From NCBI GenBank assembly GCA_963745605.1, contig CAVUYC010000030.1, forward strand, positions 22,661-86,660: a stretch of DNA of 64,000 bases, given 5' to 3'. Positions 45,801-55,287 of this stretch are shown in pieces. The stretch comes from an uncultured Chloroflexia bacterium. Its GTDB lineage: Bacteria > Chloroflexota > Dehalococcoidia > Dehalococcoidales > UBA2162. A program made the position numbers and the translations under genes. The notes beneath the pieces were generated by a model, which ran no database searches, was not told the DNA's origin, and saw only the letters and a program-made list of their open reading frames with translations. Positions within the stretch are counted from its first letter, which is position 1. Each line of letters opens with the position of its first letter.

Positions 45801-45829
45801 TTGACGGATCGTCAGAGGCATGTTAAAGT
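45801..45829 (+). promoter_or_regulatory. Candidate promoter of the MarR-family gene (TTGACG-17 nt-TAAAGT with TGn)
   Basis: -35 at 45801..45806 and -10 at 45824..45829, preceded by TGT. Flanked by two copies of a 13-nt direct repeat. Confidence 0.5.
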
Positions 45830-45866
45830 TGCTTGCCGCTCGACTATTAAGGTGAGGTGAACCGAG

Positions 45867-46358
45867 ATGGGGAAGTCGGAGCTCATTTCAGAGGCTATCA
45901 AACTCGACCGCGAGGCGCATCGCGCCATGCGGCAACCTCTTTTTGAGGGTTGGAAGGGGCTGAACCTCACCGTTCCCCAGCTCAAGAGTCTCTTTTTCAT
46001 CTCGAACCGCGGAAGCTCAAGTCCAGGCAGGCTGGCTGCCGCTCTGGGCGTTACTCCTCCTAATGTCACCGGTATCGTTGACCGGCTTGTTGAGCAGGGG
46101 CTCGTCGCAAGGCGGGAAAGCGAAAGCGATCGGAGAGTGCTCCTCCTGGGGATCACGGAAAAAGGTGACGCGATACTGGCCGATCTCAGGGAATGGCGTA
46201 CCAACACGATGACCGAGGTCCTCTCCAAGCTTAACGAAGAGGAGCTTGAGGGCCTGGTGAAAGGGCTCAGAAGCCTGGTCGAAGCTGCCCGGGATAGGCT
46301 CAAGGCAATCGGCGAGCCGGACGTCGCTGCCGCGCTCGATAAGGTGCATTCGGCCTAG
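45867..46358 (+). CDS. MarR-family transcriptional regulator
   Basis: Winged HTH: LTVPQLKSLFFI...PGRLAAALGVTPPNVTGIVDRLVEQGLVARRESESDRRV. Confidence 0.88.
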   Translation: MGKSELISEAIKLDREAHRAMRQPLFEGWKGLNLTVPQLKSLFFISNRGSSSPGRLAAALGVTPPNVTGIVDRLVEQGLVARRESESDRRVLLLGITEKGDAILADLREWRTNTMTEVLSKLNEEELEGLVKGLRSLVEAARDRLKAIGEPDVAAALDKVHSA

Positions 46359-46530
46359 GTTCCCAGCACAACGTCCGAGGTCAGACCAGCCGCTTCTTTG
46401 CTATGTGATCCACCATCCGTGACAGGATCTCGACGCTGCCTATGGTGTCAGCACGAATCCTTCATTCATTCGCTCCGGAGATAACGCAGGCAGTCCACAT
46501 CATTAAGACTTAGCCCCGGCGTCAGTGTGT

Positions 46531-46559
46531 TTGACTGGACATAACGGAAGTTGTAGAAT
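46531..46559 (+). promoter_or_regulatory. Candidate promoter (TTGACT-17 nt-TAGAAT with TGn)
   Basis: -35 at 46531..46536 and -10 at 46554..46559, preceded by TG. Lies 49 nt upstream of the GTG at 46608. Confidence 0.55.
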
Positions 46560-46607
46560 CTGCCTAATCTTGCTGCGCTTGAGATCGTCCGCCCTTGTGG
46601 AGCTTAC

Positions 46608-47516
46608 GTGAAAGACGATATCGAAAGATTTCTCACGTTTCTATCAGTTGAAAAAGGATTCGCCGATAATACCCTTTTTGCTTATCGCAACGATTTGCAG
46701 AATGACCTTGCTGACTACGCTGAAAAGCAGATGGTGAAGCGAGGGGTGATGCCTGCTTGGGACAACTTTGGCAGGCCGGATATTCTCGGATACGTGCTTC
46801 ATCTCAAGGATCACGGTTACGCCGCCACAACCCAGGCTCGGAAGATCGCTGCTGCCAAATCCTTCTTCGGTTTCATGGTAAGAGAAGGGAAGCTGAAGGC
46901 GAGTCCAACTGACAACATCACGGCTCCGAATGTGGGCCGGCCTCTGCCCAAACCAATAACTGTTCAACAGGTGCGCAAGCTCCTCGAACAGCCGGCAAAC
47001 TCCAATACCCCAGAAGGGAAGCGTGACTCCGCCATGCTTGAGCTTCTGTATGCCAGCGGCATGCGGGTAAGCGAGCTAATCTCTCTGAATCTCGACGACA
47101 TCATGGACGATGGCTACGTTCGCTGCTTTGGCAAGGGGCATAAGGAGCGTATCATTCCGATCCATCAGCGGGCCATAAATGCTGTAGCGCTATATCTTGA
47201 GTCCGGAAGGCCCGCGATCTGCCAGAACGATGGCGAAAAGGGCCTTTTCGTTAATCGTCGCGGTGATAGGCTAACGCGGCAGGGGTTTTGGCAGATACTC
47301 AAGGCTTATGCCAAGGACGCAGACCTGGGAGATGGCGTGACTCCCCACACCCTACGCCACAGTTTCGCTACTCACATGTTGAGCGGAGGGGCCGATCTCA
47401 GGTCTGTTCAGGAATTGTTGGGGCATGCCAATATTTCCACGACCCAAGTTTACACTCATCTGACAACCGAACATGTCAGAAAGAGCTATGATCAAGCTCA
47501 CCCCCGAGCAAAGTAA
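46608..47516 (+). CDS. xerD: Tyrosine recombinase XerC/XerD family (XerD-like)
   Basis: N-terminal SAM-like core-binding domain (NTLFAYRNDL). Catalytic R...K(GKGHKERIIP)...HTLRHSFATH...LLGHANISTTQVYTH. Confidence 0.88.
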   Translation: MKDDIERFLTFLSVEKGFADNTLFAYRNDLQNDLADYAEKQMVKRGVMPAWDNFGRPDILGYVLHLKDHGYAATTQARKIAAAKSFFGFMVREGKLKASPTDNITAPNVGRPLPKPITVQQVRKLLEQPANSNTPEGKRDSAMLELLYASGMRVSELISLNLDDIMDDGYVRCFGKGHKERIIPIHQRAINAVALYLESGRPAICQNDGEKGLFVNRRGDRLTRQGFWQILKAYAKDADLGDGVTPHTLRHSFATHMLSGGADLRSVQELLGHANISTTQVYTHLTTEHVRKSYDQAHPRAK

Positions 47517-47531
47517 TTTCAGGAGACCCCG

Positions 47532-47816
47532 ATGCCTCAGAAATCTCGCAAAAAGAAATTCGCCGCAGCCCAGAGACGACCGGCAGCGGTCAGGGCCGCA
47601 GCGTCGGAAAATGCCTCAGCCCCCGCCCCGTCCAGCCAGTTGGGCGCCCCGGCAACATCGCCAGTCGCACGGCCCAGGGCTGGGGTGACTAAGGGCCAGG
47701 CCGCTCTACCTCCCAGCGCGGCCGCATCGAACGTGGGCCGCGAGGTTAGACGGATTGCAGTTCTCTCCGCTGTTCTGGTCACTCTCATCGTCGTGGTGGC
47801 GTTCCTCATCCGTTAG
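47532..47816 (+). CDS. Small basic Ala/Pro-rich protein with C-terminal TM anchor
   Basis: 94 aa: MPQKSRKKKFAAAQRRP..., C-terminal IAVLSAVLVTLIVVVAFLI. No family recognised. Confidence 0.5.
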   Translation: MPQKSRKKKFAAAQRRPAAVRAAASENASAPAPSSQLGAPATSPVARPRAGVTKGQAALPPSAAASNVGREVRRIAVLSAVLVTLIVVVAFLIR

Positions 47817-47905
47817 AGCCTTTGGCTCTCCCTGGAATCGGACGCCTAATCCCGCCCAGAGTGTCCGGCTCAGTTTGACTGTCCGCGTCTCTACCCGCCA
47901 GCAGT

Positions 47906-48466
47906 TTGAGAATGAGATTCAGAACGTCGCTCCTCCTCGTCGTCGTTATCTTCGTTTCCGGGATCGTGTGGGGAATAGCCACTCAACCGGGAGACGGCGG
48001 AGTGCTGTCTGCCGAGACGCGTTCCCTTGAGCAGATGGCGAAGTTCATCTCAGGCCTGCCGTTGTGGCTCATGTTCATTTTCATATTCTTGAAGAACGTA
48101 AGCGCCGTTCTCTTCAGCTTTGCCTTCAGTCCGCTGCTGCTGGTGGTTCCCGTGGGTTCTCTATTGCTTAACGGATGGCTGATAGGAGCGGTTGCTAACA
48201 CCGTCGTGCGTGAGCATTCCCTGGTCTACTTCCTCAAAGGCGTCTTGCCGCACGGAATCATCGAACTGCCCGCCTTGTTCATCGGAGAAGCCGCCGCTGT
48301 TTGTTTCGGATTGGCCGTGATTCAGGCGGTTTTCATCAAATCAAAAAGGCAACCGTTCAACGCGACTCTCAAGATGAATCTGAAGTACCTTCTGATTGCG
48401 GCCATGCTGCTTCTACCTGCCGCCCTCATCGAGACGTTCGTAACGCCAAGATTCCTCGCCAGCTAA
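47906..48466 (+). CDS. SpoIIM-like (DUF95) membrane protein
   Basis: Five or six TM helices with the family-typical LPHGIIELPALFIGEAAA. The start is TTG 47906 or ATG 47912. Confidence 0.8.
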   Translation: MRMRFRTSLLLVVVIFVSGIVWGIATQPGDGGVLSAETRSLEQMAKFISGLPLWLMFIFIFLKNVSAVLFSFAFSPLLLVVPVGSLLLNGWLIGAVANTVVREHSLVYFLKGVLPHGIIELPALFIGEAAAVCFGLAVIQAVFIKSKRQPFNATLKMNLKYLLIAAMLLLPAALIETFVTPRFLAS

Positions 48467-48517
48467 TGGCGTTTCCGCCCACCTTTTCCAACTTGTTTTC
48501 AGTATTCATGCCCATCA

Positions 48518-48525
48518 TGTATAAT
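48518..48525 (+). promoter_or_regulatory. Candidate extended -10 (TGTATAAT)
   Basis: Lies 61 nt upstream of the EF-G paralogue ATG. Confidence 0.4.
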
Positions 48526-48586
48526 GGGCGCGTTTCGGCCCTCCCGTGGCCACCTTCACAGTTGAATATGAACGTTGGGTGAGTAG

Positions 48587-50650
48587 ATGGACAAGTATGG
48601 TCTAACCAGTATCCGTAACCTGGTGTTGCTTGGCCATAGCGGTTCAGGCAAGACCACGTTGGCCGAGGCGGCCCTTTTTTCCGCCGGCGCCATAAATCGC
48701 TTGGGTAGAGTCGATGAGGGGACTTCGGCCTCGGACTTCGATCCGGCCGAAATACGGCGCAAGATCAGTATCAATCTTTCGGTCCTTCCTCTGAAGTGGA
48801 AATCAGCTAAGATCAATCTCCTTGACGCACCCGGGTACACGGACTTTATAGCTGAGATTCTGGCAGGCGTTCGTTCATGCGAAGGAGCGCTTCTGGTTTT
48901 GAGTGCGAACTCAGGCGTTGAGGTTGGGACCGAACAGTCATGGGACCTCGCCGGCAAATCCGGCCTTTCTCGCATGTTCGTCATTAACAAGATGGACCGC
49001 GAAAATGCGGACTTCAACAAAGTGATGAAGGAACTCCAGGCGAAGTTCGGTTCCAGAGTCCTTGCCCTGCAAATCCCCATCGGGGCGCATACGAGTTTCC
49101 AGGGTATCGTGGACTTGTTGAAAATGAAGGCCTACACGGGTTCGCCTGCTAAGGAAGGGGAAATCCCTGCTGCAGTGAAGGCGATGGCAGACTCCCAAAG
49201 AGAAAAGCTTATCGAAGGGGTCGCGGAGCTCGATGACAAGCTGCTCGAGAAGTACCTTGGTGGTGAGCAGGTGACTCAGGAAGAACTGATTGCAGGACTC
49301 AAGAAAGGAGTCATCGCTGGTAAGATATTCCCCGTACTTGCAATGTCAGGTCTTCTGAACAATGGCACGAACCTCCTTCTCGATGCGATTGTTGATTACA
49401 TGCCTGCTCCGCAGGACCGCAAAGTTATTGCCATTTCGGATTCCGGAACACAGGAACTAGACGCGTCGGAGGAAGGTCCTCTGGCGGCGCTGGTGTTCAA
49501 GACTTCAGCCGACCCCTACGTGGGCAAGTTAACCCATCTTAGGGTGTACTCCGGAGTGATGACGAGCAACTCCCAGGTCTGGAATGTCAACCGGGGCGAG
49601 GGTGAGAGGATCGGGCAGCTCTACTTCCTTAACGGTAAGAACCAGGAGCCCGTGCCGGAGATAAGGGCCGGAGATATTGGTGCTGTGGCCAAGCTCGGCA
49701 CAGCTGCCACCGGAGACACACTTGGCTCTCGCGAAAAACCGATCAAGATCGTCCCCGTGACCTTTCCCGCGCCGCTCCTGAGCAAAGCCGTCTATCCCAA
49801 AACAAAGCTTGATTTGGATAAGCTTGGCAACGCTCTATCCAGGCTTGTCGAAGAGGATGCAACGCTCACCGTCCGCCGTGATCCGGATACTATCGAGACC
49901 GTCATGTCAGGCATGGGCGAAACGCAGTTGGACGTGGCTGCCGAGAAGATGCAGCGCAAATTCGGCGTTGGGGTCAACCTCGAGACGCCCAGGGTGCCGT
50001 ATCGAGAGACGATCACCACCACGGCAAGAGCAGAATACAAGCACAAGAAGCAGACAGGTGGCCATGGTCAGTACGGTCACGTCGTCCTTGAGCTTGAGCC
50101 GTTGGAGCGTGGCTCCGGCATTGAGTTTGTCGATAGGGTCGTCGGCGGTTCGGTTCCGAAGAACTACATCCCCGCCGTTGAAAAGGGTATCAACGAAGCC
50201 AAGGCCGAAGGGGTTCTGGCTGGATATCCCATCGTGGACCTCCGTGTGAGCCTGGTCGATGGCAGTTACCACCCGGTCGATTCTTCGGAGATCTGCTTCA
50301 AGATCGCCGGTGCAGGCGCTCTGAAAAAGGGCATGACCGAAGGCAGGCCGGTTATCCTGGAACCCATAATGAATGTCACGATCCGTGTTCCTGAGCAGTT
50401 CACCGGAGATATTATCAGCGATCTCAACACCAAGCGTGGCCAGATGCAGGGTATGAATCCCGAGAACGGCATTCAGGTTATTCAGGCCCAGGCCCCGCTC
50501 GCAGAGATGCAGCGCTATGCCATTGATCTCAAGTCAATTACCCAGGGCAGAGGCACCTTCACCATGGAATATAGCCACTATCAGGAGGCTCCGCCCAGCG
50601 TGGTCCAGAAGATAGTCGCCGAACGGCAACAGGAAAAAGCGGCCGCCTGA
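48587..50650 (+). CDS. Elongation factor G paralogue
   Basis: GTPase motifs GHSGSGKTT, DAPG, NKMD, then EF-G domains II-V. Stands alone, not in an rpsL-rpsG-fusA context. Confidence 0.9.
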   Translation: MDKYGLTSIRNLVLLGHSGSGKTTLAEAALFSAGAINRLGRVDEGTSASDFDPAEIRRKISINLSVLPLKWKSAKINLLDAPGYTDFIAEILAGVRSCEGALLVLSANSGVEVGTEQSWDLAGKSGLSRMFVINKMDRENADFNKVMKELQAKFGSRVLALQIPIGAHTSFQGIVDLLKMKAYTGSPAKEGEIPAAVKAMADSQREKLIEGVAELDDKLLEKYLGGEQVTQEELIAGLKKGVIAGKIFPVLAMSGLLNNGTNLLLDAIVDYMPAPQDRKVIAISDSGTQELDASEEGPLAALVFKTSADPYVGKLTHLRVYSGVMTSNSQVWNVNRGEGERIGQLYFLNGKNQEPVPEIRAGDIGAVAKLGTAATGDTLGSREKPIKIVPVTFPAPLLSKAVYPKTKLDLDKLGNALSRLVEEDATLTVRRDPDTIETVMSGMGETQLDVAAEKMQRKFGVGVNLETPRVPYRETITTTARAEYKHKKQTGGHGQYGHVVLELEPLERGSGIEFVDRVVGGSVPKNYIPAVEKGINEAKAEGVLAGYPIVDLRVSLVDGSYHPVDSSEICFKIAGAGALKKGMTEGRPVILEPIMNVTIRVPEQFTGDIISDLNTKRGQMQGMNPENGIQVIQAQAPLAEMQRYAIDLKSITQGRGTFTMEYSHYQEAPPSVVQKIVAERQQEKAAA

Positions 50651-50674
50651 GTATCCGGCTGAATTTGATCTCAG

Positions 50675-50707
50675 GAAGGGCGGTCGAAGACCGCCCTTCT
50701 CGTTTTT
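50675..50707 (+). terminator. Intrinsic terminator after the EF-G paralogue
   Basis: GAAGGGCGGTC-GAA-GACCGCCCTTC followed by TCGTTTTT. Confidence 0.75.
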
Positions 50708-50890
50708 GTTGAACGCCTCACACTAGCGCCAGCTTGCCCTTGTCGATGAGGCAGCAAATGCCTTTGAGCGCGTGCTCCTGGCGATGACACCTTGCGTTGA
50801 GCAAATCAGCCCCATGGCTCTAGCATTCAATCAACTACGCTGAGGACGGTGGTTCCGCTTGCAACGCTACCGGTTAAGGCAGGCCTCAAC

Positions 50891-51784
50891 CTACGGCTGG
50901 AACAACTTTGTGCTCAGGTACTTCTCTCCCCTGTCGGGGAAGATAACGACGATGGTCCCGGATTTGACCTTCTTCGCCGTTTCGCTGGCGGCATACATCG
51001 CTGCACCGCTGCTCATGCCGACGAATATGCCTTCCCGCTTGACTATCTGTCGGGCCCACTCGTAGGCAACCTCGGTCTCCACCATGATCGTCGCATCTAT
51101 CTTGGACGCGTCATAGATAGACGGAACGATAGCCTCTTCCATGTTCTTCAGGCCTTGAATGTAATGCCCTTTCACCGGGTGAGCGCAGACAACCTTGATC
51201 TTGGGGTCGTGCTCTCTGAGGGCCTTGCCAACGCCCATGATTGTGCCTGACGTTCCAAGCGACGACACGAAGTAGTCCACGTTGCCTCCCGTATCGCGCC
51301 ATATCTCTTCACCCGTTGTCCGGTAATGGGCCATCTTGTTGTACTCGTTCGTAAATTGGTCGGCCATGAAGTACCGGTCCGGATGCTCCTTGACCAGATC
51401 CCTGGCCCTCCGAATCGCGCCGTCGGTGCCCAGCTTCCCCTCGGTCAGCGTCACCTTTGCTCCGAAGGCCTTGATCATCTGCTGCCTCTCAATGGAGACA
51501 GCGTCACTCATCACGATTTCTACGTTGTAGCCCTTCACCACACCGATCATGGCAAGGGCGACGCCGGTATTCCCTGAAGTTGGCTCGATAATAATCTTGC
51601 CCTTCCTCAATGAACCTTCTTTTTCGGCCTGTTCAATCATGCTGAGGGCGATCCGGTCCTTGATGCTGCCCGTAGGATTATTCCCTTCGATCTTGGCGTA
51701 TATCGTGCAGTTCTTGTTGGGGTTCAGATGGTTGATCCTAACCATGGGTGTGTTTCCGATTGTCCCCAGGATGTCAGTGTTCAT
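50891..51784 (-). CDS. Cysteine synthase (CysK/CysM family, PLP-dependent)
   Basis: GNTPMVRI, PLP lysine context NPTGSIKDR, TSGNTGVALA, GTSGT. Confidence 0.9.
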   Translation of the reverse strand: MNTDILGTIGNTPMVRINHLNPNKNCTIYAKIEGNNPTGSIKDRIALSMIEQAEKEGSLRKGKIIIEPTSGNTGVALAMIGVVKGYNVEIVMSDAVSIERQQMIKAFGAKVTLTEGKLGTDGAIRRARDLVKEHPDRYFMADQFTNEYNKMAHYRTTGEEIWRDTGGNVDYFVSSLGTSGTIMGVGKALREHDPKIKVVCAHPVKGHYIQGLKNMEEAIVPSIYDASKIDATIMVETEVAYEWARQIVKREGIFVGMSSGAAMYAASETAKKVKSGTIVVIFPDRGEKYLSTKLFQP

Positions 51785-51813
51785 AAATCGACTCCAGTCT
51801 GAGTTCCAGTGTG

Positions 51814-51821
51814 ATTGTACA
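51814..51821 (-). promoter_or_regulatory. Candidate extended -10 (TGTACAAT) for cysteine synthase
   Basis: Minus-strand TGTACAAT 30 nt upstream of the ATG. Confidence 0.4.
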
Positions 51822-51904
51822 ATCCCAACGGGAATTTGCCCAGCTGTTTGGATCTCGCCGGACCTGATCGTAAGTCCAGCAGAGGCAGGAAGAGTCGTCG
51901 GCTT

Positions 51905-51942
51905 TTCCTCAAAGGAAAAGGGCGGGTCACTGACCCGCCCTT
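51905..51942 (-). terminator. Intrinsic terminator after etfA
   Basis: AAGGGCGGGTC-ACT-GACCCGCCCTT. On the minus strand it is followed by TTCCTTTG. Confidence 0.65.
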
Positions 51943-51967
51943 GAAAGGATGCTTGTTACACAGAGGC

Positions 51968-52963
51968 CTACTGGGCCATCAGTTCTTTTACCTTGGCCGT
52001 GAAGGCCGGGAGGATCTTCTTCCAATCACCGACGACGCCGTATCTGGCTTCTTTGAAGATGTTGGCTTCTGGGTCCTTGTTGATGGCCACAATAACCTTA
52101 GCTCCCGAACATCCCGCCATATGCTGGCTGGCTCCCGAAATGCCTACTGCCACGTAAAGATCGGGGGTCACTATCTTACCCGTAAGTCCAACCTGGCAGG
52201 TGTCAGGCATCCAGGCGCTATCGCATGCCGGACGGCTCGCGCCGACTGCACCCTTGAGGGCCGACGCAAGAGCTTCGAGCTCCTTGAACCCCTCGGCTCC
52301 CCCGATGCCGCGTCCGCCGCTGACAACGATCGGAGCTTCCTCAAGTTTGATTCCTTTGACCTCTTCCTTGATCGTGTTGACGACCTTGGCTTTAATCGAT
52401 GCCGCATCAATTCCAGAGGCCATGTTAATGACCTCACCTTTTCGGGAAGGGTCTGGGGCCAGAGCCGCAACGGCCTTAGCCCTGACTGTGGCAACTTGCG
52501 GGTCAGTGTCGTAGCTGTACACGGCGCGGGCATTGCCTCCGTATACAGGCTTGGTTGGCGCCAGCTTTTTGGTCTGAGGGTCGATGTCAACGCCGATGCA
52601 GTCCATTGTTGCCAGTGTCCCCAGTCTGAATGCCAGCCGGGGGGCGATATCGCGACCCATTGCCGTCTGGCTCAGTAGCACAATCTGAGGGTTGGCCTGT
52701 TTCGCTACCTTTTCAAACGCTGACAAATAGGTTTCTGTCTGATATGTCGCCAGGGCTGGTTCGTCCATCACATACACTTTGTCTGCGCCCACCGCAATGG
52801 CTTGCTGAGCCAGCGCGCCCGCCCCTTGCCCTGCAAGGACCGCAGAGACATCTTGCCCAAGGCTTGCAGCAAGCTTGCGCCCGGCGCCGAGCAATTCGGC
52901 AGTAACTGAAGCCAGTTTGCCTTCGTTAATCTCACCAAAGATCAAAATGCCACTTGGCATCAC
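51968..52963 (-). CDS. etfA: Electron transfer flavoprotein subunit alpha
   Basis: FAD-binding C-terminal domain (VSGGRGIG, ASRPACD, QVGLTGK, YVAVGISGA(S)QH). Confidence 0.92.
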   Translation of the reverse strand: MMPSGILIFGEINEGKLASVTAELLGAGRKLAASLGQDVSAVLAGQGAGALAQQAIAVGADKVYVMDEPALATYQTETYLSAFEKVAKQANPQIVLLSQTAMGRDIAPRLAFRLGTLATMDCIGVDIDPQTKKLAPTKPVYGGNARAVYSYDTDPQVATVRAKAVAALAPDPSRKGEVINMASGIDAASIKAKVVNTIKEEVKGIKLEEAPIVVSGGRGIGGAEGFKELEALASALKGAVGASRPACDSAWMPDTCQVGLTGKIVTPDLYVAVGISGASQHMAGCSGAKVIVAINKDPEANIFKEARYGVVGDWKKILPAFTAKVKELMAQ

Positions 52964-52985
52964 CTTTCTCCTCTTGAATGATTGT

Positions 52986-53789
52986 CTACAGTACCTTCGC
53001 TTCTCTTAGCTTCAGCGCCAGCTTAACTGCCGCTTCCTCGGGTGTGTCAGCCGTCAAGATCTCGCATTTGCTCTCCTTGACGGGTTGGAAGAGCTTGGCA
53101 AGTTTAGTGCGCCGTCCTGCGGCTCCAAGCTTTGACGGGTCCGCCCCGATGTCAGCGGGTTTCCAGACAATGGGCTCTTTTCTCTTCGCCCCCATAATGC
53201 CTTTTATCGTCGGATACCGCGCCGCCCCAAGCTCGTTGCTTACGGTGATCACGGCTGGAAGTGAGACCTCGACGACCTCGATTCCATCGCCCACGATGCG
53301 CTCGACGCGCGCCTTGTTTCCGTCGATTATTTCGACCTTCCGTGCGATAGTGACACACGGCAAGCCGAGTATTTCGGCGATGCCTGAGCCAACCTGACCT
53401 GAGTCCCAGTCCGAGGCCTGACGACCGCAGAAGATGAGGTCGTACTTTCCTATCTTCTTGATGGCCAGCGCCAGGGCGTAGGCGGTCGACCAGGAGTCTC
53501 CGTCAATGTAGGCTGGATCTTCGAGGAGAATGAGGTCATCGGCCCCCATAGAGAGAGGCTTCTTGACCACATCTCGCAGAAGGCCTATCCCCAGGCTGAG
53601 GATAGATATCTTGCCGCCTTTCGCATCCTTTACCCGAAGAGCGGCTTCGACTGCCTGCTCATCAAAAGGACTGATCACTGGCGGAACGCCTTGCGGCGGC
53701 ACCACTTTGTTCGTTGAAGGGTCGATTTTGAAGCTGGCGGGAGGGGCCTCCGGGTCCAGCACCTGCTTGCAGCAGACTATCATGTCCAA
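52986..53789 (-). CDS. etfB: Electron transfer flavoprotein subunit beta
   Basis: IVCCKQV(L)DPE..., DLIFCGRQASDWDSGQVG. Immediately upstream of etfA. Confidence 0.92.
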   Translation of the reverse strand: MDMIVCCKQVLDPEAPPASFKIDPSTNKVVPPQGVPPVISPFDEQAVEAALRVKDAKGGKISILSLGIGLLRDVVKKPLSMGADDLILLEDPAYIDGDSWSTAYALALAIKKIGKYDLIFCGRQASDWDSGQVGSGIAEILGLPCVTIARKVEIIDGNKARVERIVGDGIEVVEVSLPAVITVSNELGAARYPTIKGIMGAKRKEPIVWKPADIGADPSKLGAAGRRTKLAKLFQPVKESKCEILTADTPEEAAVKLALKLREAKVL

Positions 53790-53955
53790 GGTGCGGTTCC
53801 TCCTGAGTCTGATTAACGCACCTAATGTAGCAAAGGCCTCTCATTATCGTCAAGTCTGAGGTGCGTGACAAAAGCGACATATCAGCCTCAAAGTGACGTC
53901 TGACAGATTGGTCGCTCACTTGAGTGAAAGACGTAATAGACCCCGTTCCCTGGGG

Positions 53956-54696
53956 CTATTTGGTGATAGTCGCGATGGCCGCTTGCTGGGCCAGGAAAAG
54001 CTCTTTGATGCCTTTTTCAGCGAGGGCAAGGAGAGCATCAACCGCTTCTTTGTTGAAGGGCTTGCCTTCGGCCGTGCCCTGTATTTCGACATATTCGCCT
54101 TTGCTGGTCATTACCGTGTTGAAATCGACCTCGGCGGCGAAGTCTTCGTCATAGCACAGGTCCAGCATCCGATAGCCGTGGACGACTCCGACGCTGGTAG
54201 CGGCTATTGCGCTCTTTAGAGGCAACACCGAAGAAATGACGCCCATGTTCGCTAGGGTATGCAGGGCCTGGTACAGAGCAACGTAAGAGCCGGTGATGGC
54301 TGCCGTCCTAGTCCCGCCATCAGCCTGCAGAACGTCACAATCGACTACGAGGGTTCGTTCTCCAAGAGCGAGGAGGTCGACCACCGCCCGCAGCGAGCGT
54401 CCGATCAGCCTCTGGATCTCCTGGCTCCGGCCGTTCACCCTGCCTTGAGTTGAATCACGCTGCGTTCGTGTAACGGTCGACCGGGGCAGCATCGAGTATT
54501 CGGCCGTCAACCACCCAGCTCCCCCTCCGCCGTTCTCTCGCATAAACGCAGGGACCCTATCTTCAACGCTCACCGAACAGATCACGCGAGTCTTGCCAAC
54601 TTCGATGAGGGCTGATCCCTCGGCAAAACTGAGGTATCCGGTCGTAATCTTGACTGGTCTTAGGGCGTCCCAACTGCGGCCATCTGCTCTCTTCAA
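53956..54696 (-). CDS. rph: Ribonuclease PH
   Basis: [53 protein letters not shown] start behind GGGAGGG. Confidence 0.93.
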   Translation of the reverse strand: MKRADGRSWDALRPVKITTGYLSFAEGSALIEVGKTRVICSVSVEDRVPAFMRENGGGGAGWLTAEYSMLPRSTVTRTQRDSTQGRVNGRSQEIQRLIGRSLRAVVDLLALGERTLVVDCDVLQADGGTRTAAITGSYVALYQALHTLANMGVISSVLPLKSAIAATSVGVVHGYRMLDLCYDEDFAAEVDFNTVMTSKGEYVEIQGTAEGKPFNKEAVDALLALAEKGIKELFLAQQAAIATITK

Positions 54697-54745
54697 GGTC
54701 CCTCCCTACAGGCTGATGCCGTAGTATATCACTCACGCTTCTGAC

Positions 54746-55231
54746 CTATCCAGGTACCCACACGCCTGAAAGGAATTCCTGGAGCCAATGAAGAGATGCC
54801 TCGGCGGCGGACCGTTTGTTCATCAACCTGTCGCCCTGGAACACATGCTTTCGGTGGTAAGTCCCACCTTCGAATGAGAATCCGAGGTAGAACAGGCCAA
54901 CAGGTTTGTCAGCACTTCCTCCACCCGGCCCGGCTATTCCAGTATCGGAAAGGCAGATGTCCACACCGAGCAGCTTTCTCCCTCCGGCGGCCATCTCCTC
55001 AGCAACCCGGTCACTCACCGCACCGTAATTCCTGATCGATTCTTCCTTAACTCCGACGACCGTTGTCTTGATGTGGTTTGAATAAGAGACGATTGAACCC
55101 TGAAAGAAATTGGAGCTGCCGGGTATATCAGTCAGCAGGTTGGATACCAAACCACCAGTTGCAGACTCGACTGTGGCCACCGTCAGTCCGCGGCGCAAAA
55201 GCTCATTGGCTATGTCTTCAAAGTCTTGCAC
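54746..55231 (-). CDS. CinA-family nicotinamide-nucleotide amidohydrolase (PncC domain)
   Basis: TVATVESATGGL, VSYSN, TGIAGPGGG. GTG start. Confidence 0.85.
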   Translation of the reverse strand: MQDFEDIANELLRRGLTVATVESATGGLVSNLLTDIPGSSNFFQGSIVSYSNHIKTTVVGVKEESIRNYGAVSDRVAEEMAAGGRKLLGVDICLSDTGIAGPGGGSADKPVGLFYLGFSFEGGTYHRKHVFQGDRLMNKRSAAEASLHWLQEFLSGVWVPG

Positions 55232-55287
55232 AGCGAGATTATACCTGCAGACTGACTGTTTGTCAGTCCGGGCGTGCTGGCCGTAGA

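Noticed and set aside
46608-47516. Tyrosine recombinase as marker of an integrated mobile element
   Set aside because: It has the XerC/XerD housekeeping architecture and its own sigma70-like promoter. There is no adjacent tRNA target, direct repeats, excisionase, phage or IS genes. The neighbours are ordinary chromosomal genes.
48587-50650. EF-G paralogue as a Tet(M)/Tet(O)-type ribosomal protection protein
   Set aside because: All five EF-G domains are present and there is no resistance or mobile context. I cannot distinguish the subfamilies by eye, so I keep the conservative call of EF-G paralogue.
50708-50820. Short minus-strand fragment (...HGADLLNARCHRQEHALKGICCLIDKGKLALV-stop) downstream of cysteine synthase
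   Set aside because: It is only about 34 codons, preceded by an in-frame stop, with no start or SD and no recognisable family. It may be a gene remnant but this is unsupported.
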